A stretch of DNA of 64,000 bases from Candidatus Daviesbacteria bacterium (GCA_028687915.1 JAQTZF010000001.1:866634-930633); one strand, 5' to 3'. Positions 21,862-32,146 are shown, numbered from the stretch's first letter. Numbers and translations: made by a program. The notes: generated by a model not told the origin, from the letters alone.

Positions 21862-24084
21862 CTATATAATGGCTTTTTGTAACTCTTTAGCTTCTCCCAC
21901 CGGCTTTTTAGTATAATGCTCAGCATTTGCCAAAACATCCGGGGTTAAGACTGGAAGAGAAAAAGTAAAAGTAGCTCCTTTTCCATTACCTTCAGAAGTA
22001 GCCCAAATTTTACCATGCATAAGGTCAATCAAACTTTTTGATATAAACAATCCAAGTCCAGTTCCACCTGATGTAGCTGCAGCTGCATAAGAACTATCAA
22101 GCCTACCAAACTTTTGGAATAATTTAGGCAAATCTTCTCTGGAAATTCCTACCCCACTATCATGAATAGATGTTTCTACAACTTTACCGTCTGTAAAGAA
22201 TTTTACTGAGACTGTGCCATCAACAGGAGTAAATTTTAAAGCATTTCCTAAAAGATTTAATATAACTTGAGTCACTTTATCCGGATCAGCAAAAACAGAT
22301 GGAATTTGTCCTTTAACTACATCAACTTTAATATTCTTTTCACCTGCTTTTGGTAAGACCATAGAAATAATTTCATCCGATAATGTTTGAATATCAAATT
22401 CTTTTGGTTTAATTTCAATACTTCCGGATTCAATACGGGATACATTCAGCATGTCATTAACCAAATTAATTAACCTTTCTGTAGAAATATATGCCCGTGA
22501 TAAATACTTCTCCATTTTAAAAGTAAGCTGGGTATCAGGCCTCTTTAAAGCCATCCAAAGATAGGATCTAATTGCAGTCATCGGGGTTCTTAGTTCATGG
22601 GAAGCAATACTTACAAAGTCATTCTTTAATCTATCTAATTCTTTTAACCTTGAATTAGCTTTTTGCAAATCAATTGTTGCCTTTTTTACTTCTTCCTCCA
22701 AAGTAATATTAAATCTCTTTATTTTATCGTAAGACTGTGCATTTTGAATGGCAACAGAAAGTTCCGGTGATAAAATATCAAACACTTTTAAGTCCTGATC
22801 ACTATACATTTCACCAGAGGCTTTTTCACCTAATATTAAAAACCCAATAATATCATCATTAATATGTAAAACCTTTGCCAAAGAAACTCCTATACTTCTC
22901 ATTGATTCTTTTAACTCCCCTTCTTCCAAATCATCAAAAATAACTATCTTATGCATATCCAGAGAAAAAGTAAAACGGCAATTTAAAGCATCTAACTTAT
23001 CTTCAAATCCTTCAGAAATTACCTGATAAAGATCTCCCTCAGACTTTAAAATTAAAGCCCCTTTGGTAATTCTCATCTCCTTTAAAATTGCCTGCAAAGT
23101 TTGATTAACCAAAGGTCTTATTTCAATATTGGTACTCATAATATGAGATAGGAGCGAGAGTAATGTGTTTGCATCATAAGTAACCTTATAAAAGAATCTA
23201 TCAGTAATCTTTTCGATAGATTTTAAAAGAGGTTGAAAAGACAGAGCAATAATTAGTGTTAAAACTGTAGAGCTTGCTAAGTTACTTGCATTACCTTGTT
23301 GCTTTAAAACTACAACTCCCATTATCAACATTCCGATTACATAGAAAAAAGCCAAAATTAAAACGAGGATTACATAACTAACTGCTCTTGCTACAACAAG
23401 ACGGATGTCCATCAAACGATGCTTTGTAATAGCATAAAAAATCGATCCTTCCAAAATAACAAAAGAAAACATTCCCAAAGAAACAAATTTAGTATTTTTT
23501 AAAATAATCACCATAAAAACATTAAAAATACTAATAAAGATAAGTGTCATTACAAATCCGAGTGTCAAATATTTAAAACCCTCTCTTTCCCTACCACTAG
23601 TTGAAAAAAGTCTTTTAATTAGGACAAATGCAATGATAAAAACATGAATAATTTGGCTAATCAAAAACAAAACAATCAATGGACCAGGATCAGTTAGGAC
23701 CTCTCCATTAACATACTTTACTCCCACGAAAAGAAGGTCAAAAATAGATGCATAAACTAAAATCCCAACAAGACAAAAGTCTGCGAATAATAATATTTTG
23801 TTAAAACTGAATTTATCTTTTGGGAAAATTATTACAAAAAAAGCCATCAATGGTGTTACCATCGATGCAAAAACCATGGTAAATTTAACCCATAAAAAAA
23901 TATTCGCAGGCGACGTTGTTAGTCTTGAACCTAAACTTCCTAAAGCCGAAGCAGCAGATGTTAAGGTAATAAGCAAAAAGAGACGATTCGTAAGGGACTT
24001 AGAATTATTGAAGTAAACTAACAATCCAAGTACTGCAAGTGAACTGGGTATCACAAAAAATAAGAGCAGATCTAAAGTGGGCAT
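21862..24084 (-). CDS. Sensor histidine kinase (multi-TM HisKA_7TM-like input, GAF-like domain, HisKA, HATPase)
   Basis: About 9 TM segments; H box ASHELRTP; N box NLLGNALKFT; G boxes DSGVG and GGTGLGL. Confidence 0.92.
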   Translation of the reverse strand: MPTLDLLLFFVIPSSLAVLGLLVYFNNSKSLTNRLFLLITLTSAASALGSLGSRLTTSPANIFLWVKFTMVFASMVTPLMAFFVIIFPKDKFSFNKILLFADFCLVGILVYASIFDLLFVGVKYVNGEVLTDPGPLIVLFLISQIIHVFIIAFVLIKRLFSTSGREREGFKYLTLGFVMTLIFISIFNVFMVIILKNTKFVSLGMFSFVILEGSIFYAITKHRLMDIRLVVARAVSYVILVLILAFFYVIGMLIMGVVVLKQQGNASNLASSTVLTLIIALSFQPLLKSIEKITDRFFYKVTYDANTLLSLLSHIMSTNIEIRPLVNQTLQAILKEMRITKGALILKSEGDLYQVISEGFEDKLDALNCRFTFSLDMHKIVIFDDLEEGELKESMRSIGVSLAKVLHINDDIIGFLILGEKASGEMYSDQDLKVFDILSPELSVAIQNAQSYDKIKRFNITLEEEVKKATIDLQKANSRLKELDRLKNDFVSIASHELRTPMTAIRSYLWMALKRPDTQLTFKMEKYLSRAYISTERLINLVNDMLNVSRIESGSIEIKPKEFDIQTLSDEIISMVLPKAGEKNIKVDVVKGQIPSVFADPDKVTQVILNLLGNALKFTPVDGTVSVKFFTDGKVVETSIHDSGVGISREDLPKLFQKFGRLDSSYAAAATSGGTGLGLFISKSLIDLMHGKIWATSEGNGKGATFTFSLPVLTPDVLANAEHYTKKPVGEAKELQKAII

Positions 24085-24131
24085 ACATTTATTATAAACA
24101 TAAAGACTACTTGAATTATAGTTGTCTTCTA

Positions 24132-25625
24132 CTATACCCTACTTTTCCCAGAAACGGCCACAAATTTCCCTGGATCATATTTTTTAAATACAAGTCGAGG
24201 TTCTGATTTTATCCCGACGCTACTTAAAACGTTTGCATATTCAGAATTAATGCTTCGTAAATTATCCACGATAATTGCTTTGATCTCCCTTTTATGATTA
24301 TCTGTTATCCTAATACCCTCTCTTAGCTCTAATGCAATACTAAGATAAACATCTGCATCATTTGTTTCTAATTTTTCTGCTATAAATCTACCAGTTAAAT
24401 ATTTTTCTAATTCAGGACGCTCCATTACAAAAGTTAATTGTTCGGGATAAATGTTTGCACCAAATAAGATAATTGTTTTATCAATCCTACCATTTACTGC
24501 TAAAACTGGTAAATTAGGTATACTAAAGTGTTTATCCACTAATAAGTATTTATCCTTTGTACCTTCTGGCAAGACGGATAATAGTTGCTCTGGTGTAAAA
24601 ATTTGTCCATGATCTTTAGTATCATATCGAATGATTGGGATATTACCCATAGCAGTTATAATTATGTTATTATTAACCACTTCAATGTACCTTGATGGAG
24701 GAATATATTGTAATAACGAAGGTAGATCTATCCGACCGAATGTTTTTTGTGCCAAAACTTGATCTTCATGAAAAAGTATCCTTAGATAATCAATAAAAGG
24801 AGTTGAAATTGCTGCTACTCCAACTTCCGACATACCTAAAACAGCCGCGACAGACCGATGAGGTTCAGCTAACCCAAGGTGCTTAATCATAAATTGACGC
24901 CAATTTTCACTATACTTTTCTCCCCCGGAAAGTATTTTTATTTTATATGATTTGAATTTTATACCCCTTCTTACTCCTTCTTGAACTAAATCTCTTAAGG
25001 ATGATGAATAACCTCCAATTATTATTTGATCGAATTGATCCGCCAATCCTTGGAAAATATTAAAAAATAATTCAGAATTTGTTCCAGGTGATATTATAGA
25101 AATCTTCAAACCTTTTTCAGACATCATTTTTGTTGCTGAATGAACCATTTCACCTGCAGTCCAAGGTCCCATACCATAACAATTAATAAATAAAGTACTT
25201 ATTTCTCCTAAATCAAAATATATCTTATATAACAACTCCATCCCTTTATAACTAGCTAAATCTTGTATCTTTGTTTTAGGCCAAAATGATGATTTTCCTG
25301 TGGAGCCAGAACTATAATGAATAACCGTTGAGTTACCCAAATCACCTCCGACAACTAAGTCGCCTAAAGAATACTTTTTAAAATAATTTTCTTTATTTGT
25401 TGTGGGGATTTTCTTAAAGTCCTCAATTGTATTTATTGTTTCTGGCTTAATGAAATTTTTTTTCAGAAAATCTTTGTATGCTGGAACTGTTTTTGCAGCG
25501 GTTTGAAAATTCTCTAATGCTTTTTGTTCACCAATTTTTTGCCAAACTTCAGTTGGAGTTTTGACAAAACCTTCTAGATCAGAGCTACTTTCATATTTAA
25601 AATACTCAGAAAAGATATCATCCAT
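24132..25625 (-). CDS. Phenylacetate-CoA-ligase-like (ANL superfamily) adenylate-forming enzyme
   Basis: SSGSTGK P-loop, GGEK, LGMSE, PIIRYDTKD, GRIDKTIILFGANIYPEQ. Confidence 0.8.
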   Translation of the reverse strand: MDDIFSEYFKYESSSDLEGFVKTPTEVWQKIGEQKALENFQTAAKTVPAYKDFLKKNFIKPETINTIEDFKKIPTTNKENYFKKYSLGDLVVGGDLGNSTVIHYSSGSTGKSSFWPKTKIQDLASYKGMELLYKIYFDLGEISTLFINCYGMGPWTAGEMVHSATKMMSEKGLKISIISPGTNSELFFNIFQGLADQFDQIIIGGYSSSLRDLVQEGVRRGIKFKSYKIKILSGGEKYSENWRQFMIKHLGLAEPHRSVAAVLGMSEVGVAAISTPFIDYLRILFHEDQVLAQKTFGRIDLPSLLQYIPPSRYIEVVNNNIIITAMGNIPIIRYDTKDHGQIFTPEQLLSVLPEGTKDKYLLVDKHFSIPNLPVLAVNGRIDKTIILFGANIYPEQLTFVMERPELEKYLTGRFIAEKLETNDADVYLSIALELREGIRITDNHKREIKAIIVDNLRSINSEYANVLSSVGIKSEPRLVFKKYDPGKFVAVSGKSRV

Positions 25626-25628
25626 AAT

Positions 25629-26807
25629 TTACTTTAACAGATGAGTATCTAAATTTAATATAGCAGAGCCTAAATTAATTTTTTCTCCTATTGCTATCTT
25701 TTTAATAATATAAGATATTACTGTTCCTGATAAAAAAGCAGTGCTTCCTAATTGTGGAGGTCCTGCTAATTCTCTTCCTATTAAAGGTACTGATTCCCGT
25801 AATCTTTTAGGAGCTAAACTTCCTCCATTCATTTTCATAAATATCCGAGCCATATCATTAAATCCAAATTCTGGCGATCTTAATCTATCGAAATCTTCTT
25901 CATCTAACTTTCCGTTAAAGAAAGCCTGTTTATCATCAAGATCATACCTTTCGACATCTAAACCTATAGCATCAGCCATATCAGCAGCCATAACAACAGG
26001 GATTTTTCTTCTTTTAGCTTCCTCGCGGATCTTAACTTTCATGGGGAAGTTATCGATTTCATCGACTACCGCATCAAGGTCAGAGAAGAAGCTATCCATG
26101 TTAGTTTCTGTAAGCCCATCAACAAATAGCTTTAAATTAGCATACGGATTAACTTCATATATCATCTGGGCCAAATATATTGCTTTATTAATACCCACTG
26201 CATCAAAAGACGCTCTTATTCTATTGGTATTAGTGGCGGATATGACATCAAAATCTGCAAGATGCATAACCTCACATCCTCCGTTTACAGCAATTGTATA
26301 TGCAGCACTTTGACCAATACTAAGTCCTGCAATTCCAACTTTAAATTGTCTAAATTTTTCTTGTTCTTCATGAGTTACCAAACCCTTATTCCTTGCAGTT
26401 CTCAGTTCTTCATGAAGATTTTTAGATAAAAAATGAACTAGCTTATATTTCCAAGGAAAGTAAACCCAGGTCCCAGTTTGAACCAGCGGCTTATCATTAA
26501 ATAAACTTTTCACAAAATCGTTATATGCAGGAATTTCCTTTACCGACTTATATTGAAATTTATGAGAAGCATTTCTACAAAAATATAATTCTTCCAGCAT
26601 ATCTTCATATTCATCTATTACTTCTGTAATATTTAGCTGGAATGCTTGTTTGGTTAGTTGTTGTATTTCCTCTTCTTTTTCCATATCAAAAATCCGAGGA
26701 AGAGGGAGATCTCTTAAAAGCTCTTTTCGTTTGGAACTTTTATTTTTTAAAAATTCGTCTAGTGGTAGATTTTTCATTATTATTACTGTTTTAGACTCAT
26801 CAATCAT
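25629..26807 (-). CDS. ThiF/MoeB-family adenylyltransferase (Rv1355c/MoeY-like N-terminal part, no nitroreductase domain)
   Basis: WVYFPW..RTARNK..EQ..KVGIAGLSIG..LADFDVISATNTNRI..DEID..K..IRE..IPVVM..DVERYD. Confidence 0.8.
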   Translation of the reverse strand: MIDESKTVIIMKNLPLDEFLKNKSSKRKELLRDLPLPRIFDMEKEEEIQQLTKQAFQLNITEVIDEYEDMLEELYFCRNASHKFQYKSVKEIPAYNDFVKSLFNDKPLVQTGTWVYFPWKYKLVHFLSKNLHEELRTARNKGLVTHEEQEKFRQFKVGIAGLSIGQSAAYTIAVNGGCEVMHLADFDVISATNTNRIRASFDAVGINKAIYLAQMIYEVNPYANLKLFVDGLTETNMDSFFSDLDAVVDEIDNFPMKVKIREEAKRRKIPVVMAADMADAIGLDVERYDLDDKQAFFNGKLDEEDFDRLRSPEFGFNDMARIFMKMNGGSLAPKRLRESVPLIGRELAGPPQLGSTAFLSGTVISYIIKKIAIGEKINLGSAILNLDTHLLK

Positions 26808-26889
26808 CTTAGCAATACAATTAATTAGTGTAAATAGATACTTTTCGGAGGGTATAGCTATCAGAGAACTGATTAGTTAAAATTAATGG

Positions 26890-27339
26890 ATGAATAATGA
26901 CAAAACAAGAACTGATGGTTTTGAGTGTATTAACTGTCATAAGATGGTTAGAGACAAAGCACCCGGAACAGTAAATAGAAACCATTGTCCTTTTTGCTTA
27001 ACATCAAAGCATGTTGATCTTAATATTGCCGGAGATAGAAAAGCTACCTGTAAACAGGTGATGCAGCCAATTGGACTCACCTTTAAAGAAGCAGGACTAG
27101 ATAAATGGGGTAAACAAAAACAAGGAGAACTGATGGTAGCACACCAATGCCTGGGCTGCACAAAGATTTCCATAAATAGAGTTGCAGGAGATGATGATCC
27201 TAAAAAGATATTGGAAATTTTAGAAAGTTCAAAAGATTTAGATGAAGACTTAAAAAAGCTATTAATGCACTCTGGTATTAAATTACTTACCGATGCAGAT
27301 CTACCTGAAATTAAAACTCAATTATTCGGTAAAGAATAG
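26890..27339 (+). CDS. RNHCP domain zinc-binding protein
   Basis: CxxC..RNHCPFCLTSKHVD..GDR..C..HQCxxC. Confidence 0.88.
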   Translation: MNNDKTRTDGFECINCHKMVRDKAPGTVNRNHCPFCLTSKHVDLNIAGDRKATCKQVMQPIGLTFKEAGLDKWGKQKQGELMVAHQCLGCTKISINRVAGDDDPKKILEILESSKDLDEDLKKLLMHSGIKLLTDADLPEIKTQLFGKE

Positions 27340-27352
27340 TATATAATAAATA

Positions 27353-27958
27353 ATGAAGCAATTTGGAAAATTGATTATTATTACCGGAGCCACAGTTTCC
27401 GGCAAAGATACAGTAGTTGCTGCTCTTCTAAAAGCCCACCCTTCCTGGAAAAAAGTTGTTACTACCACTACCAGACCTATCAGACCTGGGGAAATAGATG
27501 GTGAAGATTATTATTTTATAAGTGTAGAGGCTTTTCAGGAAATAAAAGAAAAAAATGAATTTCTTGAAACAGTAGAATATGCAGGTAATAACTACGGTAC
27601 AACCAAATCAACCCTTGATCCTGTTTTTCAAGGTCATAATCTAATTTGGAGAATTGATGCCTCCCGCTCTTCTGAAATAAATAAATTATTTGATCATTGT
27701 TTTGATAAAGAAACAGCTCAAAATATTAAAGCTAATACTAAGGTGATTTATCTTAAATTACCAGATGATGCTACCAGACAAAAACATTTCTTAAAAAGAG
27801 GTATGGAAAAATCTGATATAGCAAAAAGAATTAAACAAGACGAAATAGATTGGGACTTAGGAAAGTTTGAAAATATAGTTATAAATTATGATGGACAATT
27901 AAATAAAACAATCGAAGAAGTGGAAAGAATAATTAATTATTCGTGTTCAACAATATAG
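27353..27958 (+). CDS. gmk: Guanylate kinase
   Basis: GATVSGKDT P-loop variant; TTRPIRPGEIDGEDYYF; YAGNNYGT. Confidence 0.85.
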   Translation: MKQFGKLIIITGATVSGKDTVVAALLKAHPSWKKVVTTTTRPIRPGEIDGEDYYFISVEAFQEIKEKNEFLETVEYAGNNYGTTKSTLDPVFQGHNLIWRIDASRSSEINKLFDHCFDKETAQNIKANTKVIYLKLPDDATRQKHFLKRGMEKSDIAKRIKQDEIDWDLGKFENIVINYDGQLNKTIEEVERIINYSCSTI

Positions 27959-28314
27959 TTTTTAATTTCCATCAGGAATTGATCCGGAGTAAGTTCTGGT
28001 TTATGTAAAAAGCCGGCAGCTCCCAAGGAAATAGCTTCATTAATAACCTGCATTTGATCCAAGGCAGAAAGCATTACAATAGGACCATTTTTTGGAGGAG
28101 GGTTTAATGCTTTAAGCCTTCGTAATACCTCTAAACCATCAATCTTTGGCATCATAATATCAAGGACAACTAAATCATATCCTCCGGCAGTTATTTTTGC
28201 TAAAGCTGATTCACCATCAACAGCAGTTTCTACCTGATAACCTGCACCAATAAGAAGCTCCTCATAAAGGTTGCGTAGTTCTGCATCATCATCAACTAAT
28301 AATACTCTCGTCAT
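27937..28314 (-). CDS. Stand-alone response regulator receiver
   Basis: LLVDDD..LDIMMPKIDG..MLSA..GAAGFLHK; no output domain. Confidence 0.92.
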   Translation of the reverse strand: MTRVLLVDDDAELRNLYEELLIGAGYQVETAVDGESALAKITAGGYDLVVLDIMMPKIDGLEVLRRLKALNPPPKNGPIVMLSALDQMQVINEAISLGAAGFLHKPELTPDQFLMEIKNYIVEHE

Positions 28315-28321
28315 TTGTATA

Positions 28322-28687
28322 TTATGATACTTTTTTCTTTTTTGAGCAAGTCAGACAAAGTGTTGCTGTTGGTAAAGCCTCTAGCCTGTTTATTTCTATT
28401 TCCTGACCACATTTTTCACACTTTCCATAAGTACCCTTTTTCATATTAGTTAAAGCATTTGAAATACGGGCGGAAAAATTTAATAAATCTCCTTTTAGAG
28501 AACTTAATCTTGCATGAACTTCTGCCATCCAGGAATCTGTACCAGATTCAGATGCTTCAGGTGCTAAATCTTTATTCATAAGTGGATCATCTTGATCTAT
28601 TTCAGCTATCTGTTTTTCCACAGATGCCTTCTTCTTTTGTAAGACTTTTTTAATTTTAATGATAGTTTCTTGGGGTAGATTTGACAT
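28322..28687 (-). CDS. TraR/DksA C4-type zinc-finger protein
   Basis: GTYGKCEKCGQEI..RLEALP..LCLTC. Confidence 0.88.
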   Translation of the reverse strand: MSNLPQETIIKIKKVLQKKKASVEKQIAEIDQDDPLMNKDLAPEASESGTDSWMAEVHARLSSLKGDLLNFSARISNALTNMKKGTYGKCEKCGQEIEINRLEALPTATLCLTCSKKKKVS

Positions 28688-29573
28688 TTAATTTCCTCTT
28701 AATTTTATTTGGAAGCAGCAGTAAGCTGGTTCTTGTTTTACCCAACTTAATCTTCCATTGTATTTTTGAATTATAACAATGTTTTATAAATCTTTGTAGT
28801 AGCAAATTACGCTTTTTACTGGTACTAAATGAATCTATTATAGAAAATATATCATCTGTTGGCGCTCTTTTTGCCCTTAAATAAAAGATAACAAATCCTA
28901 TTATAAAAAGAGCCAAAGGAGCTAACTGTCCCTGCCAATCCCCTTCTCGAAAATAATCAGCAAAAAACCTTTCAGCACCTAAAAGCATAAAGGCAATAGC
29001 CATAATTTTACCATTAAAGTGAAACCTTGTAGCTGACTTCCATAACCAGAAAAAGAACATTAAATAGATTAGAGCTTCAAAAAAAGGAACAGGCAGTCTT
29101 TTGCCAATTAACCCTACTACTGAAACTGCAATTGGCAAAGAAGAAGTAACTCCGTAGCCGCAACCTCCTAAAGTACAGCCAATACTGCCAAAAACCAATC
29201 CCATCATTAAGCCAACTGTAGCAAGATCAGCAATTTGCCAAAAATTTAGCTTTGCTCTTGCAGCTAGTAATTTAAGAGTTAATGCTCCCCCTATCAAGCC
29301 ACCCCATAAAGATAAGCCTGGATAAAGATTAATTAAAAAAACATAAGAAATATTATTAAAATAATTTAAGTTAAATAATACAAAATATATTCTGGCAAAA
29401 ATTAAGCCGCCAAAAAAAGTTAACAAACCTAAATCTAAGATCTTAGCTTGATCTATATCATATGCCTTAGCAATTCTCCAGGAAACAAACATGGCTGCTA
29501 AAAAGCCTAAACCTAAAAATAATCCAAATGAGGATACAGGTACAGGACCAATACTGAACAATATAGGTAACAT
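28656..29573 (-). CDS. lgt: Prolipoprotein diacylglyceryl transferase-like protein (divergent)
   Basis: Likely start ATG 29573 (MLPILFSIGP); ARIYFV, GLSLWGGLIGG, IGCTLGGCGYG, RFFADYFR. The longer ORF start overlaps the divergent neighbour. Confidence 0.7.
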   Translation of the reverse strand: MLPILFSIGPVPVSSFGLFLGLGFLAAMFVSWRIAKAYDIDQAKILDLGLLTFFGGLIFARIYFVLFNLNYFNNISYVFLINLYPGLSLWGGLIGGALTLKLLAARAKLNFWQIADLATVGLMMGLVFGSIGCTLGGCGYGVTSSLPIAVSVVGLIGKRLPVPFFEALIYLMFFFWLWKSATRFHFNGKIMAIAFMLLGAERFFADYFREGDWQGQLAPLALFIIGFVIFYLRAKRAPTDDIFSIIDSFSTSKKRNLLLQRFIKHCYNSKIQWKIKLGKTRTSLLLLPNKIKRKLNVKSTPRNYH

Positions 29574-29637
29574 TATTAGAATGATACCAAATTTTGACTT
29601 ATTCTTCTCCCCCTTGTTATACTGATTAATAGATTTT

Positions 29638-30078
29638 ATGACTGCAACCGCACACGCATTAATTGGAGGAGCTGTTGCCTCAACAATTTCAAATCCTGAA
29701 CTTGGTTTAAGCCTTGCTTTTATTTCACACCCATTATTAGATTTAATTCCCCATTGGGATTTTGCTAATAACTGGAGAGCAAAAGACAAATTTATCTTAT
29801 TTATAGAAGCCTCAGCTGATCTAACTTTTGGTGTGTTGTTATCATATATATTATTTGGCCAAAACGTGAACCTATGGTATTTTTTTGGTTGTATTTTTGT
29901 AAGTGAAGTTTGGGATATTATAGAGGCACCTTATTGGTTTCTTAACTGGAAATTCCCCCCAATATCATGGATTTATAATGTTCAATCAAAGATGCAAGGA
30001 AAGGCTGCACTACCCTGGGGAATTATCACTCAAATACTTACAGTTGCATTAGCCACACTAATTTTACAGAAAATATAA
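29638..30078 (+). CDS. Membrane protein with His/Asp metal-binding motifs (YdjM-like putative hydrolase)
   Basis: TAHALIG..SHPLLDLIPHWD; hydrophobic; upstream TTGACT-N18-TATACT. Confidence 0.55.
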   Translation: MTATAHALIGGAVASTISNPELGLSLAFISHPLLDLIPHWDFANNWRAKDKFILFIEASADLTFGVLLSYILFGQNVNLWYFFGCIFVSEVWDIIEAPYWFLNWKFPPISWIYNVQSKMQGKAALPWGIITQILTVALATLILQKI

Positions 30079-30639
30079 TTACTTTACTCTCTCGATATAC
30101 TGACCGTTTCTGGTATCAACCTTTACCCTATCTCCAACTTTCATAAACATAGGTACTTTTACCTGTAAACCATTATCCAATGTGGCATCTTTATATACAT
30201 TTGAAACTGTATTTCCTTTTTCACCGGGGCCTGTATCTGTAATTTCATAAATTAAAGTATTGGGAATCTCTAATCCTAAAGCAGTTTCATCAGCCACAAT
30301 CAAAATAACATCCATACCATCTTTTAAGAATTTTGCCTGTTCTGATACTGTTTCTTTTGGTACTGAAAATTGTTCAAAACTTTCAGGATCCATAAAGTTA
30401 TAGATTTCTCCATCAGAATATAAAAACTGAGCTTTTTTCTTTTCTACTCCAGCTTCTTCTACTCTTGCTCCGGTAATAAATGATTTTTCAGAAGATGCCC
30501 CGGTTTTTAAATTGCGGATTTTAACTTTAATGTTTCCAGACCCTCTACCCATTTTAATGTGCTCATAATTAACCACCTGCCAAAGCTGGTTATCTTCTTT
30601 ATATACAACACCATTTCTTAAATCGTTAACGTTTATCAT
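30079..30639 (-). CDS. efp: Elongation factor P
   Basis: HIKMGRG loop, QFLY..FMDPESFEQ, PGEKGNTV, VKVDTRNGQYIERV. Confidence 0.96.
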   Translation of the reverse strand: MINVNDLRNGVVYKEDNQLWQVVNYEHIKMGRGSGNIKVKIRNLKTGASSEKSFITGARVEEAGVEKKKAQFLYSDGEIYNFMDPESFEQFSVPKETVSEQAKFLKDGMDVILIVADETALGLEIPNTLIYEITDTGPGEKGNTVSNVYKDATLDNGLQVKVPMFMKVGDRVKVDTRNGQYIERVK

Positions 30640-32093
30640 TGTAAGATTAATTCTACCAAAGTTTTTATTCCTACTCCAGTGGCTCCAGGAGCACTATATG
30701 GAGTTGGCTTTAAATCCCAGGCTGTTCCAGCAATATCAAGGTGAATCCAGGGAGTAGTTTCTTCCACCACTGTTTCAATAAATTTAGCAGCAGTAATAGA
30801 TCCTGCAGTAGATGGGCTGGATCCTCCATGACCAATATTGGTAATATCAGCAATATCAGATTTGATCATATCTTTATATTCTTCCCCTAAAGGCATCTGC
30901 CAAAACTTTTCACCAACTGTTTCTCCTAATTTTACTAATTTTTCTGAAAATTCTTTATTATTAGTAAAAACACCAGTGATTTTATCACCCAATGCCACAA
31001 CCATTGCTCCTGTCAAAGTTGCTAAATCAATTAATTTTGTAGCATTTAAATCCTTTTGAGCATAGGTCAAAGCATCCATTAAAACCAATCTTCCTTCTGC
31101 ATCAGTGTTTATTGTTTCAACTGTTTTTCCAGAATAGCTTTTAATAATATCTCCTGGTTTTAAGGCTTTTCCTGAAGGTAAATTCTCTGTTAATGCTAAA
31201 ACTGCAGATACATTAACCCTTGGCTTAAGCTCACCAATAATCTGCATCAGCCCTAAAACATTAGCTGCACCACACATATCATATTTCATTTCATGCATAC
31301 CTGAACTTGGTTTTATAGAAATTCCACCACTGTCAAAAGTTAAACCCTTGCCTATTAAACCATATTTATCTTTGCTTCTTGCGTTTCCTGTATACTCTAA
31401 AGCAACCACAAAAGATGGTTCATCTGAACCTTTGGCAACTGCAGCAAATGCACCCATTCCCTTCTTTTGAGCCATTTTTTCATCAATCACTGTTATTTTT
31501 AATTTAAAATCATGGGCAATCTTTTTAGCAGTTTCCACAAAGTAAGCAGGAGTTGCCTCATTTGGGGGTAAGTCACCATGTAATCTGGCCATGTTAATAC
31601 CAAGGGATACAACAGATGCTTTTTTGATAGCAATCTTATCCTCTCCTCTGGCTTTTTCTAAGAAAATTTGTAAACCGCCTAATTTTGTAGGTTCTTTTCC
31701 TGTTTTAAATCTGGTAGATGGATCATGAAATGCTATCTCTGCCCCTAAAACTAATGCATAAACTACAACATCTGAAGCTAATTTGTCTGATTCAGGTGGA
31801 ATTAATGTTGCATCTTTAAATCTATCAATTAAATATTTAGAAACAGTTCCACCAAAATTTTGACAAGTTTCAAAATCAAATTTATCCTTCTCTCCTACTC
31901 CAACCAATAAAAAGCTTTGTTCAGCATTAAAAAGAAGCTGAATTTCATTGGGGGCTCCAAATTTAGGGTTATCTTTTAAGAAATCTTTAATTAACTGATT
32001 TTCAAATTTTGGGGATTCATTTATAAAAACTGGAATGGCTATTATCTTTGCTTCCTTTAAAGACTCTTGGTCTGTGGATAATTGAATTCTCAT
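30636..32093 (-). CDS. pepA: Leucyl aminopeptidase (M17)
   Basis: GKGLTFDSGG, MKYDMCG, NTDAEGRL, DLATLTGA, HLDIAG; start taken as ATG 32093, downstream of TTGACA-N17-TAATAT. Confidence 0.93.
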   Translation of the reverse strand: MRIQLSTDQESLKEAKIIAIPVFINESPKFENQLIKDFLKDNPKFGAPNEIQLLFNAEQSFLLVGVGEKDKFDFETCQNFGGTVSKYLIDRFKDATLIPPESDKLASDVVVYALVLGAEIAFHDPSTRFKTGKEPTKLGGLQIFLEKARGEDKIAIKKASVVSLGINMARLHGDLPPNEATPAYFVETAKKIAHDFKLKITVIDEKMAQKKGMGAFAAVAKGSDEPSFVVALEYTGNARSKDKYGLIGKGLTFDSGGISIKPSSGMHEMKYDMCGAANVLGLMQIIGELKPRVNVSAVLALTENLPSGKALKPGDIIKSYSGKTVETINTDAEGRLVLMDALTYAQKDLNATKLIDLATLTGAMVVALGDKITGVFTNNKEFSEKLVKLGETVGEKFWQMPLGEEYKDMIKSDIADITNIGHGGSSPSTAGSITAAKFIETVVEETTPWIHLDIAGTAWDLKPTPYSAPGATGVGIKTLVELILQ

Positions 32094-32146
32094 GAAGCTA
32101 ATATTACGCTTATACGTGCGTGATGTCAATTGTAGGCACAACTATT

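Noticed and set aside
25741-26313. 190-aa plus-strand ORF and similar antisense ORFs (e.g. 39735-40292)
   Set aside because: Lie wholly opposite well-supported genes and have no motifs
29574-29789. Long N-terminal extension of lgt in the ORF track (similarly pepA, manC, ssb)
   Set aside because: Overlaps neighbouring genes or promoters; downstream ATGs fit the family N-termini
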